A stretch of 64,000 bases of DNA from Botryllus schlosseri (Eukaryota), in contig CM119371.1 in assembly GCA_051294905.1 (NCBI GenBank), positions 5,208,001 through 5,272,000 of the forward strand, given 5' to 3'. Under the pieces are notes generated by a model. It was given only the letters and a program-made list of their open reading frames with translations, made no database searches and had not been told where the DNA came from. Below, piece by piece: positions 1-12,121 of the stretch; position 1 is the first letter of the stretch, and each line of letters starts with the position of its first letter. A program made the translations under genes and the position numbers.

Positions 1-1770
1 AGGGTTGAACTAGATGCCAGACCTTTCGAATGTCGACCTAATGTATCAGAGTTGTCTGTGACTCCAAAATCCGATATCGGTCAATCAATCAATCAGGTGT
101 ATTAATATTTTCACTGTTTCAAAACATCACAAGACTGCGATACAATGAAAAGATAGTGGGGTGTCGAATAAACTTGGAGTAGCCTTTAAGATCAGACACC
201 CATCTTAACCTAGGCGAAGTAAATAAGAGGCATGCACACTGAAAGAAAAGTACTGCAGAGAATATAAGTCGCAAGCGACAAAACGATGCATGAAAGATAC
301 TCCCAACCTTGCTAAGATGTAGGTTTGGGTAAAATCGAGTACCTGCGTGATTTGAAGCCGAATGTATTGTTAGATTTCAGTATCGTATTCGAGTAGCATG
401 TACCATTAACTTATTATCAGCTGTAATAACTTAAAAAGGTAACATAGGTATTGTTTGTGGCCCCAAGGAAAATGCCAGATACACTTCATGCAAAATAATT
501 TCGTATTTTTAAAGCATGACGGTGCGAGTTGATCTTTGAGAGAGATATTTATGCTGAGATATGACTAATGGCGGTTTCGGGAATCCAACAGCAAAAGTGA
601 AGTATTTAAACTGTTTTTTGTTGTTAATATATTACGCTTGTTGCTTAGGGTAGTTGACGATGCCTGATAATCACGCTGTGGATTGGGAAGCGTATATGAT
701 GTATGACTTCGAATTTCAAGAATCCTATTAATTCACAGTCTAACCAATTATATGAAGTTCAATGAACTCACCACAAAGGTGATGCTATTGTCGACTAATT
801 GTATCAATTTTATCTTGTTATATTTTACAGGTGCTGCTAATACATGACACAGACACTAGTTGGTGACAAGTCAGAGGCGACCATCATATTGCAGTAACAA
901 ATCACCAGACGGTATATGACAGAGTTGGATGCTCAGCTTAAGAATTTGATTAATACCAATTCATCGCAGTAATCCGCTATCATTTATCACCATTGGTGAG
1001 TCTTTGTTTAATCTAGGATGTTTTCATTCCGGACAGACTTCCTCTTTGAATCGTAGGGTATTTCTACGAATCAGAGATTTGATCTCTTGAAATCCAAATT
1101 TGGTATTAGCTCAAATCAATTCATGAGTGGCGCGGCGACTCCGAAGCAGACTTGGACAACTTGAAAATTTCAACTTTTTCAGAATTATATTAGAATAAGA
1201 ATTGCAGTGAAACATTTTTTAAAATTAGACTGTAATTAGAATGATATCTTCATAGTTTTTATTTTCAAACTTGATAAAAATCAGTATTAGAGCTACACAG
1301 TTTTTCTCCAAATTAGATTATAATTAGAATTACTGGAATTGCGAAAATTTGACATTTAATCAAGTTCATTTCGTATCAATTCATAGTTCGTTCTTATAGG
1401 CATGAGAATGCAAATATCTGTGACAGCTAGATTTGCTTTGCACGGTACAGTTCTCCTGTAGTATTTTCAGGAAATCCAGAAATTAAATTACAATGAGAGC
1501 ATACAAACATTTCACAAATTAGATTATAATTTTCTAGTTACCCAAGTCAGCTCCGATTAAAATATCAAACATTTCCTGTTCCAATCCAGTTTGTAAAATG
1601 ACATTGACGCAATTCTGACCGATAACCAGGAATCCAAAATTATTCTGAACCAGTGATGATCTTAAAATTCACAAGGAAATGTTTACATTCAAAGTTATTG
1701 CGAATTCGGTGTCCATGTCGTGTTGAGTAGATACATCACAACTGTTACTGGTGTGTGACTTCACCTAAAG

Positions 1771-4131
1771 CAGCGGTTCTCAACCGGGGGTCCGCGAAGG
1801 ATTTTCAGGGGGTCCGCGAAGCCTCCGAATTTGAAACATGATAGTTAAGCTAATTTGATATTTCTAAGCGAAGTTAGAAAATATCTATATATGTATTTGC
1901 TTTATGACAGCTAAAACGTTAGGGCGCACGTCTGCAGAATGATGTTTGTGATAGAATATCATGCCATGCAAACTCATTTCAACTGTCTGGAAGCGATTAA
2001 GGTCTATGGAAGGGCCTAAATTGTCGCGTCACAGAGGGCGGAAACTGTTTACGTGCTAACGGTGTCGACGTAATAGTATATTAGCCCAACAAGCATAGCT
2101 CATGATTGTTGGCAACGTTAGCAAAGAGACGTATTCGGTATGACCAAATCCAGAAAGTACTCAGAAAGCTATCTCAAAATGGGGTTTACCTCATTGATAG
2201 ATGAAGACAAAGAAAAGCCACAATGAATGTCATGCTGTCCTCAGCAATGAAGCAATGAAGCCATCAAAGCTGGAGCGTCACTTGAAGCAAAAACATCCGG
2301 AGTACATCAAAAAAGACTTGTCATTCTTTCAAACACAAGAACTATCTTTGAAGCGGCAAAAACTTGATGCTAGTGGATATTTTCATCAACAAACCACCGC
2401 ATGTGTTGAGGCGTCATTTGAAGTGGCGTTGATCATCGCTCAGCAGAAAAAGCCTCATACGATAGGTGAAACGATTGTTAAACCCTGTGCTATGAAAATG
2501 GCAAATCGCGTATTGGGCAAAAATAGCGCAGACAAAATCAATCAGGTGTCGTTGTCTAATGACACAATTAAGAGGCGCATTTCGATTATGTCAGGTGATG
2601 TCAAAAGCCAAGTAATCGATGAGATCAAAGCTTCCCCCATGTTTTCTATACAAGTTGATGAATCAACTGATGTGGCATCATGCTCTCAGCTTTTAGTTTT
2701 CGTTCGATACTTGCACATGGAAGACGTTAAAGAGGAATTTTAGTTTTGTAATGCTTTGGAAACAACAACGACGGCGCAAGATGTGATGAACAGCATTTCA
2801 AAGTTCTTTGAAGCTGAAGGATTGCAGTGGGAGAAGCTATGTGGTGTATGTACGGATGGAGCACCTGCGATGCTTGGATCCAAATCAGGTTTCCAAATGA
2901 AAGTAAAAGCCAAGTCTCCCCAAGTCAAAGGAGTACATTGCATGATACATCGGTACACCCTTGCTTGTAAGACTCTTCCATTTTTTTTGAAGAAAGTTCT
3001 TGATTCTGTCGTGAAAGTTGTCAATTTTATCAAAAAGAGCGCAACAACTTCCCGCCTATTTAAACAACTGTGCAAAGAAATGGACTCTAACCACCAGACA
3101 CTTTTATTTCACACTTCAGTACGGTGGCTCTCGAAAGGGAATGTAGTCAATCGCGTCTATGAGCTTCGAACCGAGATAAAATGGTTCTTAGAGGTGATGA
3201 ACAAAGATACTGTCAGCAACTACTTCGGCGAAGAAGCATGGTTACAGGGTCTGGCATATTTGGCTGACATAACTGAGCAGTTGAATAAGTTCAATTTGAG
3301 ACTCCAAGGACATGATACAAACATATTGCTGTTTAGAGATGTTTTGTTGGGGTTTGTAGAAAAGATCAAACTTTGGAATAGGAAAGTCAATCAGGGTAAC
3401 TTCGCAATGTTCGAAAAACTTTCTGAATTTGAAGCTGTTCATCTCAGTGCACAGATCAAGCAGGATATTAGTGAACATTTGCAGTCGCTTGAAAAAGAAT
3501 TCATGAAGTATTTTCCTGATTTATCCCAAGGAGCTGAAATCTTTCCCCGGAACCCATTTTCTCCTTTGATAGACATAACCACTATTCCAGAGGAGCTTCA
3601 AGATGAACTGCTGGATTTAAGGGCTGACTCGGCTGGTCGTGATATGTTCATTGAAAAATCACTTTCTCAATTTTGGTGCCTTATGTTACGATCATACCCA
3701 AAGGTATCGTCTGAAGCTTTACGTGTTATCGTTCCGTTTGCCTCCACCTATCTTTGCGAAAGCGGATTTTCTGCTCTTGTGCATATCAAATCGAAGGCGA
3801 GGAATCAATTAAACGTCGAAGATGATATGCGATTAGCGCTGTCCAAGACAATATCACGCATTGCAAGACTTTCTGATGATATGCAGCATCAAAAATCCCA
3901 TTAAGTCAATATGCTTTAAAACAATAAACATTTTCTACAAGCTCTATGTTATTTTTCACTTGAGAAAAGCGCAAAGATTGCAGTTAAAAGTAGCCTACAG
4001 TTAGTGTTTGCACAAGACAAACAACGTTCGCTTGATTATTGAGCAAAATTTGAACTAAAACTTCAGGGGGTCCGCGGGAGTCTGGCATTACCAAAAGGGG
4101 TCCGCGAAGGCAAAAAGGTTGAGAACCACTG
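1771..4131 (+). mobile_element. hAT DNA transposon, Buster/Charlie-type, near full length, inserted in a PLK intron
   Basis: 15-bp TIRs CAGCGGTTCTCAACC / rc CAGTGGTTCTCAACC; perfect 8-bp TSD ACCTAAAG at 1763-1770 and 4132-4139 (NNNTANNN); GGGGTCCGCG subterminal repeats; encodes a transposase. Confidence 0.97.
2140..3904 (+). pseudogene. hAT (ZBED8/SCAND3/Buster-like) transposase, disrupted
   Basis: ATG at 2140 (MTKSRKYSESYLKMGF), BED-type finger CHAVLSNEAMKPSKLERHL, DDE motifs QVDESTD / CTDGAPAM / YLCESGFS, CMIH and RWLS. Frameshift near 2225 and a single TAG at 2741-2743 (EEF*FC, expected EEFLFC). Confidence 0.95.
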
Positions 4132-5429
4132 ACCTAAAGGATTCTTAGCCCTGGCCGACTTGTAAATTTCCGTATTTCAAAACTCTTTTTAATTCAACTG
4201 ATGAGACACAAGACCCAGCCGATTAGCAAATGGGTGGATTTAACGGATAAAGCAGGATTTGGTCTGGAAATCTTGGTATCAGATTTGTACAAATTACAGG
4301 ATTTTAAAATTAGAGCTAGAACTACACACTTTCAAAACTCACAACTAGATCTCAAACTGCTCACTTCAAAATCTGAAGCTAGAACTTACTTTGCAAAATC
4401 TTCATCTATAACTAGAATAGCTCATTTTTTAAAAGCTAAACTAGAAGTGGAGCTGCTCACTTTTCCAATCTGCAACTGCATTGCTGACTTGACAAAACTT
4501 GCAACTAGAGAAGGGGTTTTTACACCACAGAAGCATTATGAGAAGAGCGTCTGTTTCTGCGTCAGGTCTGTTTGAGAAATTAGGGGTTTGATGGAAGTTT
4601 GTCATATTCTTCCCGCAAGACGTATATTGATATTGTCGAATTGAACGTACATCGAATTATTCACCTGACTCTAATATTGAGACGGAGTGGTAGTTATAGT
4701 GTCATAATGTAGCCTACAAGTCGAAAATGGGAGTGGGAGTAGCTCACTGTTGCCGCAACTAGAACTAGTCACTTTTCAAAACTAGCAACCATAACTGGAA
4801 CTACTCGCTTTTCAATACTTACAACTACAACTACTCTCTCTTCAATTCTGGCTATAACAACTAGAAAATCAGAACTCGGAAATGCAGCAGTTAGTTTACC
4901 GTTGACCAACTGGTAGTTTGTAAAAATTTGCTTGAAATGTTTGTTTGTGCTCCAAAATATTGTATGAATTTTGATTGATTCACTTCATATTTCAGGCTAC
5001 CCACGATGTGAAAACGGCGACGAAGCACTTTTCAACGATAGCACGCGAATGCTTCTGTGCGCCAACAGAGACGTGACAGAGTCCTACTACACACTCCAGC
5101 AATACCTGAGCACTCTAACCAAGAGAGTACATGTCCGAGCAATTGATCAAGGTGAGTCAAATAATCTTGTTGCAATTTTAATGTAAAACAACAAGTAATG
5201 ATTCTATACTTATACACTATATCAATGAGAGGCGGTCAGTAAAGAAGTGCTTCCACTTTGTCGGTGTATTCAAGTACAAGAAACGGTTTAAAAACATGAC
5301 AAATCTACTTCAAGTACCTGTCAGCGTTGTAGAAGTAGAAGTAACAACATGGGTTTCTACTCGATTACATGTGAAAGTAGGGGTTTAAGACACGCTAAAT
5401 CTAATTCAAGTAGCAGTTAACGTTGCTAC

Positions 5430-5794
5430 CAGGTTGTAATGACTTGAGTCCAAGACGGCCACGACAGCCATTTCATTGTCAATTTGAAGGATAGTAAAGG
5501 TACCACATGATTGGTATTTCGTCTATCAGTCCTGATACTTGGAAAATAGGGCCAGAAACTGTTAGGACTGGGGAAAATTATGATATTATAAATGCGGGCC
5601 ATTCTATGTCACTCGAGCCGAGTTGAAAAAGTGAGTTGAACCGAATTGAGCTGAAAACTGAACAGTAAACACAATGACTTGGATTCGGACTTTACTCGGT
5701 GGTGAATTGAAAATGACTCGACTTGACTCGAATCAAAACTATAAAAGGGAGTTTGACTTGTGACTCGGAACCTTGTCGCTTGGTTACAACCCTG
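5430..5794. mobile_element. Non-autonomous hAT MITE (CAGGGTTG TIR, GACTCGAGTC-rich family)
   Basis: Ends CAGG(G)TTGTAATGAC ... CTTGGTTACAACCCTG; perfect TSD GTTGCTAC at 5422-5429 and 5795-5802; same family at 52744-54574, 45695 and 34639. Confidence 0.85.
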
Positions 5795-8529
5795 GTTGCT
5801 ACTCAAGTAGAAGTAGTGATTTGAAAGTATGTAGAATGTAGGTTATCTAAGCCTAGTTTGGCAGACAAAACTGAAAAGGCAAACTAGAAGTATTCAAGTG
5901 CAAGTGGGAAAATATACTTCCTTACTGAGCAGCTAGCACTAGGGTTGTTCAAGACTATCTTTTTTCAGGATTCCGGGATTCACTTAGGGAATTGTTGTGT
6001 CGCCTAAAAATCGACACCATACTTGGCTCGATCCCAACTGGCAGATGTGAACGCACACGAGTTTAGAAATTTCGAATTCAATATGAATAAAATTGAATGA
6101 AAATTCAGATATTACTGTCCACCCACGAAATTGTTACATTGTCTAAAAGAACGATGCTTGCCCATTTTTACACACCTCCAACAGGTAGAAGCGGAGTGAT
6201 TGCACTTGAAAATGATGGATTCGCTAAAATATCCTGTCTACTTGTACCAAATTTAACTTTACTACTTGTAGTTCAATGACAGTAAGGTTAGTAGGTTACC
6301 TCTACTTGAGTAGCATCGGTAATTACTTTGACCACCTTCTAGTTCAGCTTGCAATTTGATGTAAATTTATGAAGTTACTTCTACTTGACTTGCAAATTTG
6401 ATTACTTTGATCACTTGTGCGAGGGCTTTAATATATGCTATTCTATCATACAGGACAGCAGGAACTCACCAAAGTGATTCCGTGTCCTCTGATGGAAGCC
6501 GTGACTTACATCGACTACCAAAATAACTTCACACCTACAAAAGTTTTGGCGCTGGCTTGCGATACACAGATTTTATGTTTGAAAGACTCATTTTTGAAGA
6601 CTCTACTTCAGAAGATGAATCTTGATACGCTCAATACAACGAGCAATACATCTGTATCTATTTTCTACATATTTAATCATCTAAGCTTTCAATTCACTCT
6701 GTTTGAGCTTGGAGGGAATAAATGAATGAATCCATAATAGGAATGTATTGTTTGTTTCCATATTCCAACTCTTGTAAACCGAGCTGATAGTATTTATCGA
6801 ATTAGATGTGTCGGATTGAATTTCTGCAATAGGCTTTTTTCGGCGTTACAGTTTTGATGCGTGCAGGGGTGGTCAAAAGTAGTCTAATCTTTTTACTCGA
6901 TTTGCAGTAGAAGTCAAAGTCACGAGGTAAATTTCCGCTAAATCACGAGTAGACTTAGCGATTGTGGAGACATTTCAAAACTACTAGCCACTAGCGGGAG
7001 CAGATCATGAGAGACCTGAAAAGTACTCCAGTAATTACTGTATATTGAAAAAGTTGATTTGGCTGAGGTGTACTACAAGCAGTTAATCTCAGGAGTCTAT
7101 TTTCAAATGACGACATTAGGGATAGTTTCAATATTTGAAAGATATTCCGTTACCGTGATACAGGTATTTTGTCCAGTTTACATGACAATTTCACTCGTAA
7201 AAGGGATACAAACTTATCCTAAATCATGTTATATTTTACAAAATACAAAGTGTAACTAGTGTTGCTGAAAAAACTTTTGAGTAGCCCAGTAGTGAAAAGA
7301 CCTAGCCAGTAGAGTAAGTCAGATTGAGAACGCCGAAAAGTAAAAGTAGGCTGCTTTGCTACTGACAAGCTCTGAAGATGTAGGGGTGGCTGTTGGAAAA
7401 AGATTAAGAAAGTGTAATTTGTTGAGACAAAGTCTCCATTCACCCATGCTGTCTATGCCGCCGTTAGAAGGTGCCAATGGTCGACAGCTAGTGTCATGTT
7501 TCTGATGTATTCTGGGATTTTTGAGTTGCCTGAGAGACAATTTGGCAATTAAAATGAGATTGCGCATTAGGATATTTCATCTCAGACGGCCATTATGTCG
7601 ATGTGAGTCATGAAGTTGTAAGAGTAATAAAGCGAAACTGTCTTGTAATAATCAATCATTTTGCAAGTGTAGAGGCTTCGCGGACCCGCGGTTGAGAACC
7701 GCTGAACTAGGTTCTTTCTAAGCAGTTAATGGGTGTGACGGAGGTGTGTCTGTCTCTGCAGCCAGTGCCGGGCTGCCGGCTGGCAAAATCGATATGCGGC
7801 ACTTCCGAAAGCGCGCGTGTAGTAATAACATTAGCGCAGATACTGTTGCAGACATATTGAATATTATGGTCGGGCTCTTCCAGATAACTTAGGGTGGTAT
7901 GTTTTACATTACGATAATAATGCCATGTAGCATTCAAGCTGTCAGGATTCCAGAATCTCGTCTATGAAATTTGTATGTTGTAACGACTCTTGCCTTACAC
8001 TGATAGCTAATTGGTTGAGTTCCCCCCCGACCTAAGATTGTGTTTCAGGCACGCCTGGAGAAAGAGCAAGCTTATACAAACCACCAATCCAGTTAGTTAC
8101 CGTTTAACTAGTTGCTGTTTATTTGAGTAGTTCTAGTTGTCCTGTATGTAATTGGTGTCCTGGTCACACAATTCTTTATTTTTTTAGTTTTAATAAATCA
8201 CTGTAACTTGGAGAATCATCGCGACTCACCTAGGCAAAACCTACCGAGATTTCAGTAGGGCTAGTTGTAGTTGCGCATTTTAAAAAGTGATAAGTTCTAT
8301 TTGTGCATTTCTAAGCTTGGTCACAAAATCCTAGTTCTTGACAGCATTGAAATAATATAAATGTGCAGTTGTTGTCGGTCAAGTAACATTTCGTGGGTCT
8401 AGTCTACTTTCTTATCCATAACAACATGACCATCACCAATCAGAGTTCCCCCATGAACATATCTGAATTTATGGCGTTTATAATTGAATTAGGGTTGGGG
8501 TATCAATGTAACGTAGGAACATTCTGTTG

Positions 8530-8900
8530 TACTCTTACTCCCAACCCTAATCCTATGACACCCCAACCTAATTATCATTACGGTACTAACAACCCACTTT
8601 AAACCTCATCCGAACCCTAATATCATGGTCTCCAGCCTAGCCTTTCAATACCCTAACCTACCCACAACTCTAATTTCAAGATACCCTACTTTTACTACCG
8701 AGCGAGATAGTGATGACCTCATGGGGCCGTATCGCAACTCCGTCGCCAAACCATCTCGATGGTGCAGGCGAGAAAGAATATCATATCTCTCTCTCTCTAC
8801 TACCCTAACCTAATCCTAAACTCCAACCCTAATCTTATGCGACTCCAGCCTAACCCTTACCCCAACCCTAATTTTATGACTCAAACTAATCCCTAATCAA
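8530..8900. repeat. Degenerate CCCTAA-rich (telomere-like) low-complexity tract
   Basis: Seven exact CCCTAA (8545, 8615, 8651, 8803, 8827, 8866, 8891) plus many variants, not in tandem. Confidence 0.6.
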
Positions 8901-9663
8901 TTATAAACACAATAAATTTGGCAACATTGTCATAGAATGAATATCCAGTGAAATCTTCAAAATATCATATATGATACAAACTGATTATATGTTGTGACAT
9001 ACAGTTTGTATTCTAGTAGCCTACTCGTACCCGTACCATCTTCTGCTGGATCATTTTTTGAATTTGTTTTTGTATTTTCTCAATGACGCAGTGTACGGTG
9101 TGATAAAATCTTGCAGTTTAGTCCTGCCATCTTTTGTAGCAAGTGCTGGGATCGATTCAATACCTTCGAGTCCTTTCCTGTAGATAACAACACGACTGTC
9201 ACCAATCGGTGTTCCCCACGAACATGTCGAAATTTATGGCTTTTATAATTGGTTCAGGGCAGACTTCAACTTTGAGCTGTTCTATTTTAGCTTAGCATCA
9301 GAATTATTGTGACATTATACATTGTTTTCAAATCTCATTGATGAAGTATTCCCCATTATATTGATAGTTTTGTCTGTTGTTCTCCATTCTGTTATGATAA
9401 TTGCTCTGTCTACAATCTTGTAATGCTGCTTGTTTAAAATAGTTCTACACTTCATGCATTGCAGATGTAGCCATACTATAATTGAACCAAGTTTATATGC
9501 TGAAATACCAAAGATCTGTGGCTGTGGGTCTTTTCTCTAGTGTCATAAAGAAAAGCATTCTGTGGATCCAGTATTAACTATTGGTCACGACTTGACATAA
9601 CGCCAATTCGATATACCGGTATATTGGAAAGCCTTTACTGGAAATAGTAACCTCAAGCTTCAT

Positions 9664-10545
9664 TTGGATATGCACGCTGGCATCAGAAATGTTGAATGTG
9701 ATGTATGTGGTAAACTCACTCGGAAGGATACCATCAAGCGTCATATGAATATGCATACCGGCATCAAAAATCATGACTGTGATATCTGTGGGAAAGTTTT
9801 CACTGAGAAGGGTACCCTCAAGCATCATATGGATGTACATGCTGGGATAAAAAATCATATGTGTGAAATATGTGGTAATGCATTTACTCAGAAGGGTACC
9901 CTCAAGTTGCATATGGATATGCATACTGGCATCAAAAATCATGTTTGTGATATCTGTGGGAAAGCATTCACTGAGAAGGGTACCCTCAAGCATCATATGG
10001 ATGTACATGCTGGAATCAAAAATCATACATGTGCTATATGTGGTAAAACATTCTCTCAGAGGGGTCACCTCAAGCTTCATATGAATATGCATGCTGGAAG
10101 CAGAAATCATGCATGTGCTATATGTGGTAAAACATTCACTCAGAGGGGTGACCTCAAGCTTCATTTGGTTATGCATGCTGGCATTAAAAAGCATGTTTGT
10201 GATATCTGTGGGAAAGCATTCACTACGAATGGTCACCTCAAGCTTCATGTGGATATGCATGCAGGAAGCAGAAATCATACATGTGCTATATGTGGTAAAG
10301 CATTCACTCAGAAGGGTAACCTCAAGCTTCATATGGATAGGCATGCTGGGAGCAAAAATCATACATGTGCTATATGTGGTAAAGCATTCACTCAGAAGGG
10401 TAACCTCAAGCGTCATATGGATAGGCATGCTGGGAGCAAAAATCATACATGTGCTATATGTGGTAAAGCATTCACTCAGAAGGGTACCCTCAAGCTTCAT
10501 ATGGATAGGCATGCTGGGAGCAAAAGTCATACATGTGCTATATGA
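9664..10545 (+). CDS. C2H2 zinc-finger array, 10 intact fingers (5' part of the gene not found; upstream frame has stops)
   Basis: C-x2-C-x3-F-x5-L-x2-H-x3-H repeats with HTG/HAG linkers; second-Cys codons at 9706, 9787, 9871 ... 10459 (84-bp period; first interval 81 bp); ORF ends at TGA 10543. Confidence 0.85.
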   Translation: MDMHAGIRNVECDVCGKLTRKDTIKRHMNMHTGIKNHDCDICGKVFTEKGTLKHHMDVHAGIKNHMCEICGNAFTQKGTLKLHMDMHTGIKNHVCDICGKAFTEKGTLKHHMDVHAGIKNHTCAICGKTFSQRGHLKLHMNMHAGSRNHACAICGKTFTQRGDLKLHLVMHAGIKKHVCDICGKAFTTNGHLKLHVDMHAGSRNHTCAICGKAFTQKGNLKLHMDRHAGSKNHTCAICGKAFTQKGNLKRHMDRHAGSKNHTCAICGKAFTQKGTLKLHMDRHAGSKSHTCAI

Positions 10546-11406
10546 GGTAAAGCACTCACTCGGAAGGGTACCCTCACGCTTCATATGGATAGGCATGCTG
10601 GGAGCAAACATCATACATGTGCTATATGTGGTAAAGCATTCACTCAGAAGGGTACCCTCAAGCTTCATATGGATAGGCATGCTGGGAGCAAAAATCATAC
10701 ATGTGCTATATGAGGTAAAGCATTCACTCGGAAGGGTACCCTCAAGCTTCATATGGATAGGCATGCTGGGAGCAAAAATCATACATGTGCTATATGTGGT
10801 AAAGCATTCACTCAGAAGGGTACCCTCAAGCTTCATATGGATAGGCATGCTGGGAGCAAAAGTCATACATGTGCTATATGAGGTAAAGCACTCACTCGGA
10901 AGGGTACCCTCAAGCTTCATATGGATAGGCATGCTGGGAGCAAAAATCATACATGTGCTATATGAGGTAAAGCATTCACTCGGAAGGGTACCCTCAAGCT
11001 TCATATGGATAGGCATGCTGGGAGCAAAAATCATACATGTGCTATATGTGGTAAAGCATTCACTCAGAAGGGTACCCTCAAGCTTCATATGGATAGGCAT
11101 GCTGGGAGCAAAAATCATACATGTGCTATATGAGGTAAAGCATTCACTCGGAAGGGTACCCTCAAGCTTCATATGGATAGGCATGCTGGGAGCAAAAATC
11201 ATACATGTGCTATATGTGGTAAAGCATTCACTCAGAAGGGTACCCTCAAGCTTCATATGGATAGGCATGCTGGGAGCAAAAATCATACATGTGCTATATG
11301 AGGTAAAGCATTCACTCGGAAGGGTACCCTCAAGCAAAATATGGCTATGCATGCTGGCACCAAGATTCATATTGTGATATACGGTACCGTAATTTCTCAT
11401 GTATAA
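10546..11406 (+). repeat. Homogenised 84-bp zinc-finger minisatellite, 10 further fingers, 6 with in-frame TGA
   Basis: Second-Cys codon is TGA at 10543, 10711, 10879, 10963, 11131, 11299 and TGT at 10627, 10795, 11047, 11215; frame closes with TAA at 11404-11406. Confidence 0.95.
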
Positions 11407-12121
11407 TACGCCCCGCGAGACTTGCGACATGGTAATCCTTCTTCATACTGGCAAAAAAAATCATAAATGTCAAGCTTTCTGAAACCGCCAACATCAAGCA
11501 CGTGGATTGAAGTGTCGAGTTCTAAAGTCACGCAAGGTCTTGATCAAGTAATTCGAGCCGTGCATGATGCAGCCACTTTAGAATTGTTTCACTGCTAGCA
11601 GTGTCAAGTGATTGCCCTTGAGAGCGAACGTATCACTACATTTCTCTGGCTTTCATACTGTATGAGCCAACATATTTTCCATGTACACTTTATGATAGTC
11701 ATGCAACATATTGTATTAACACTGGGCAATACAAAAGCGACAAGTATTGTTCTACATTTTTTGAGTATTGATGTACATTTGTTGACAAGCGTTTACATTT
11801 CTTCAATATCCTTGTGATCGGTTTTCGTTTGTGTGATGATCTTGCAGCCATTACTAGCTAGTAATTGCTTAGTTAGTCCTGAATAGTGGTAGTTCTGTCT
11901 GTCTGATTCTTCAGTCATTTTGTACCGATGGTCATGTGGATAGCCAATCTGATTCCTATAAAATATAATGATTGGGCTGCTTCGGAATCAAATCTGGTAG
12001 TTGTGTTTCGTTTGTTATTGATTTTCAAATGTCATTAGTGATTTAGTTGTGCAGTTTAAACATTCAGTAGTTTGTATAAGTCTGGTGCCAGCTTGTTTAT
12101 GTACGATATTTCATTTTGCAG

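Larger units (their letters stand above)
831..6623 (+). pseudogene. PLK1: PLK1-like pseudogene copy A, 3' half: linker exon 831-995, exon 4198-4261, polo-box 1 exon 4996-5151, polo-box 2 exon 6462-~6623
   Basis: Translations YMTELDAQLKNLINTN, DETQDPA/ISKWVDLTDKAGFG, GYPRCENGDEALFNDSTRMLL...TESYYTL and ELTKVIPCPLMEAVTYID...LRYTDFMFERLI match the Polo linker, PB1 and PB2. GT/AG sites flank 831-995 and 4996-5151, and Gly is split G|GC across intron 4262-4995. Frameshifts, internal deletions, stops and a mutated acceptor (CAA) at 4197. Confidence 0.88.

Noticed and set aside
1720-4197. hAT inserted inside a PLK exon (DFHLKD-like reading across the TSD)
   Set aside because: The linker exon is better explained by 831-995 and the next exon starts at 4198, so the insertion is intronic.
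9574-11430. 618-aa minus-strand ORF (and 428-aa +frame ORF 10091-11377)
   Set aside because: Shadow of the 84-bp ZF repeat. The antisense frame is in register with the ZF codons and stays open simply because the array lacks TTA/CTA/TCA codons; the product is low-complexity with no domain.
11564-11621. SECIS-like hairpin (ATGA, ~10-bp stem, AA, mini-helix) downstream of the TGA-rich ZF array
   Set aside because: The 3' GA of the core is displaced by about 3 nt from the stem and the ATGA-to-AA spacing is 14 nt, so the geometry is non-canonical by eye. Only a SECISearch3 hit would revive it.
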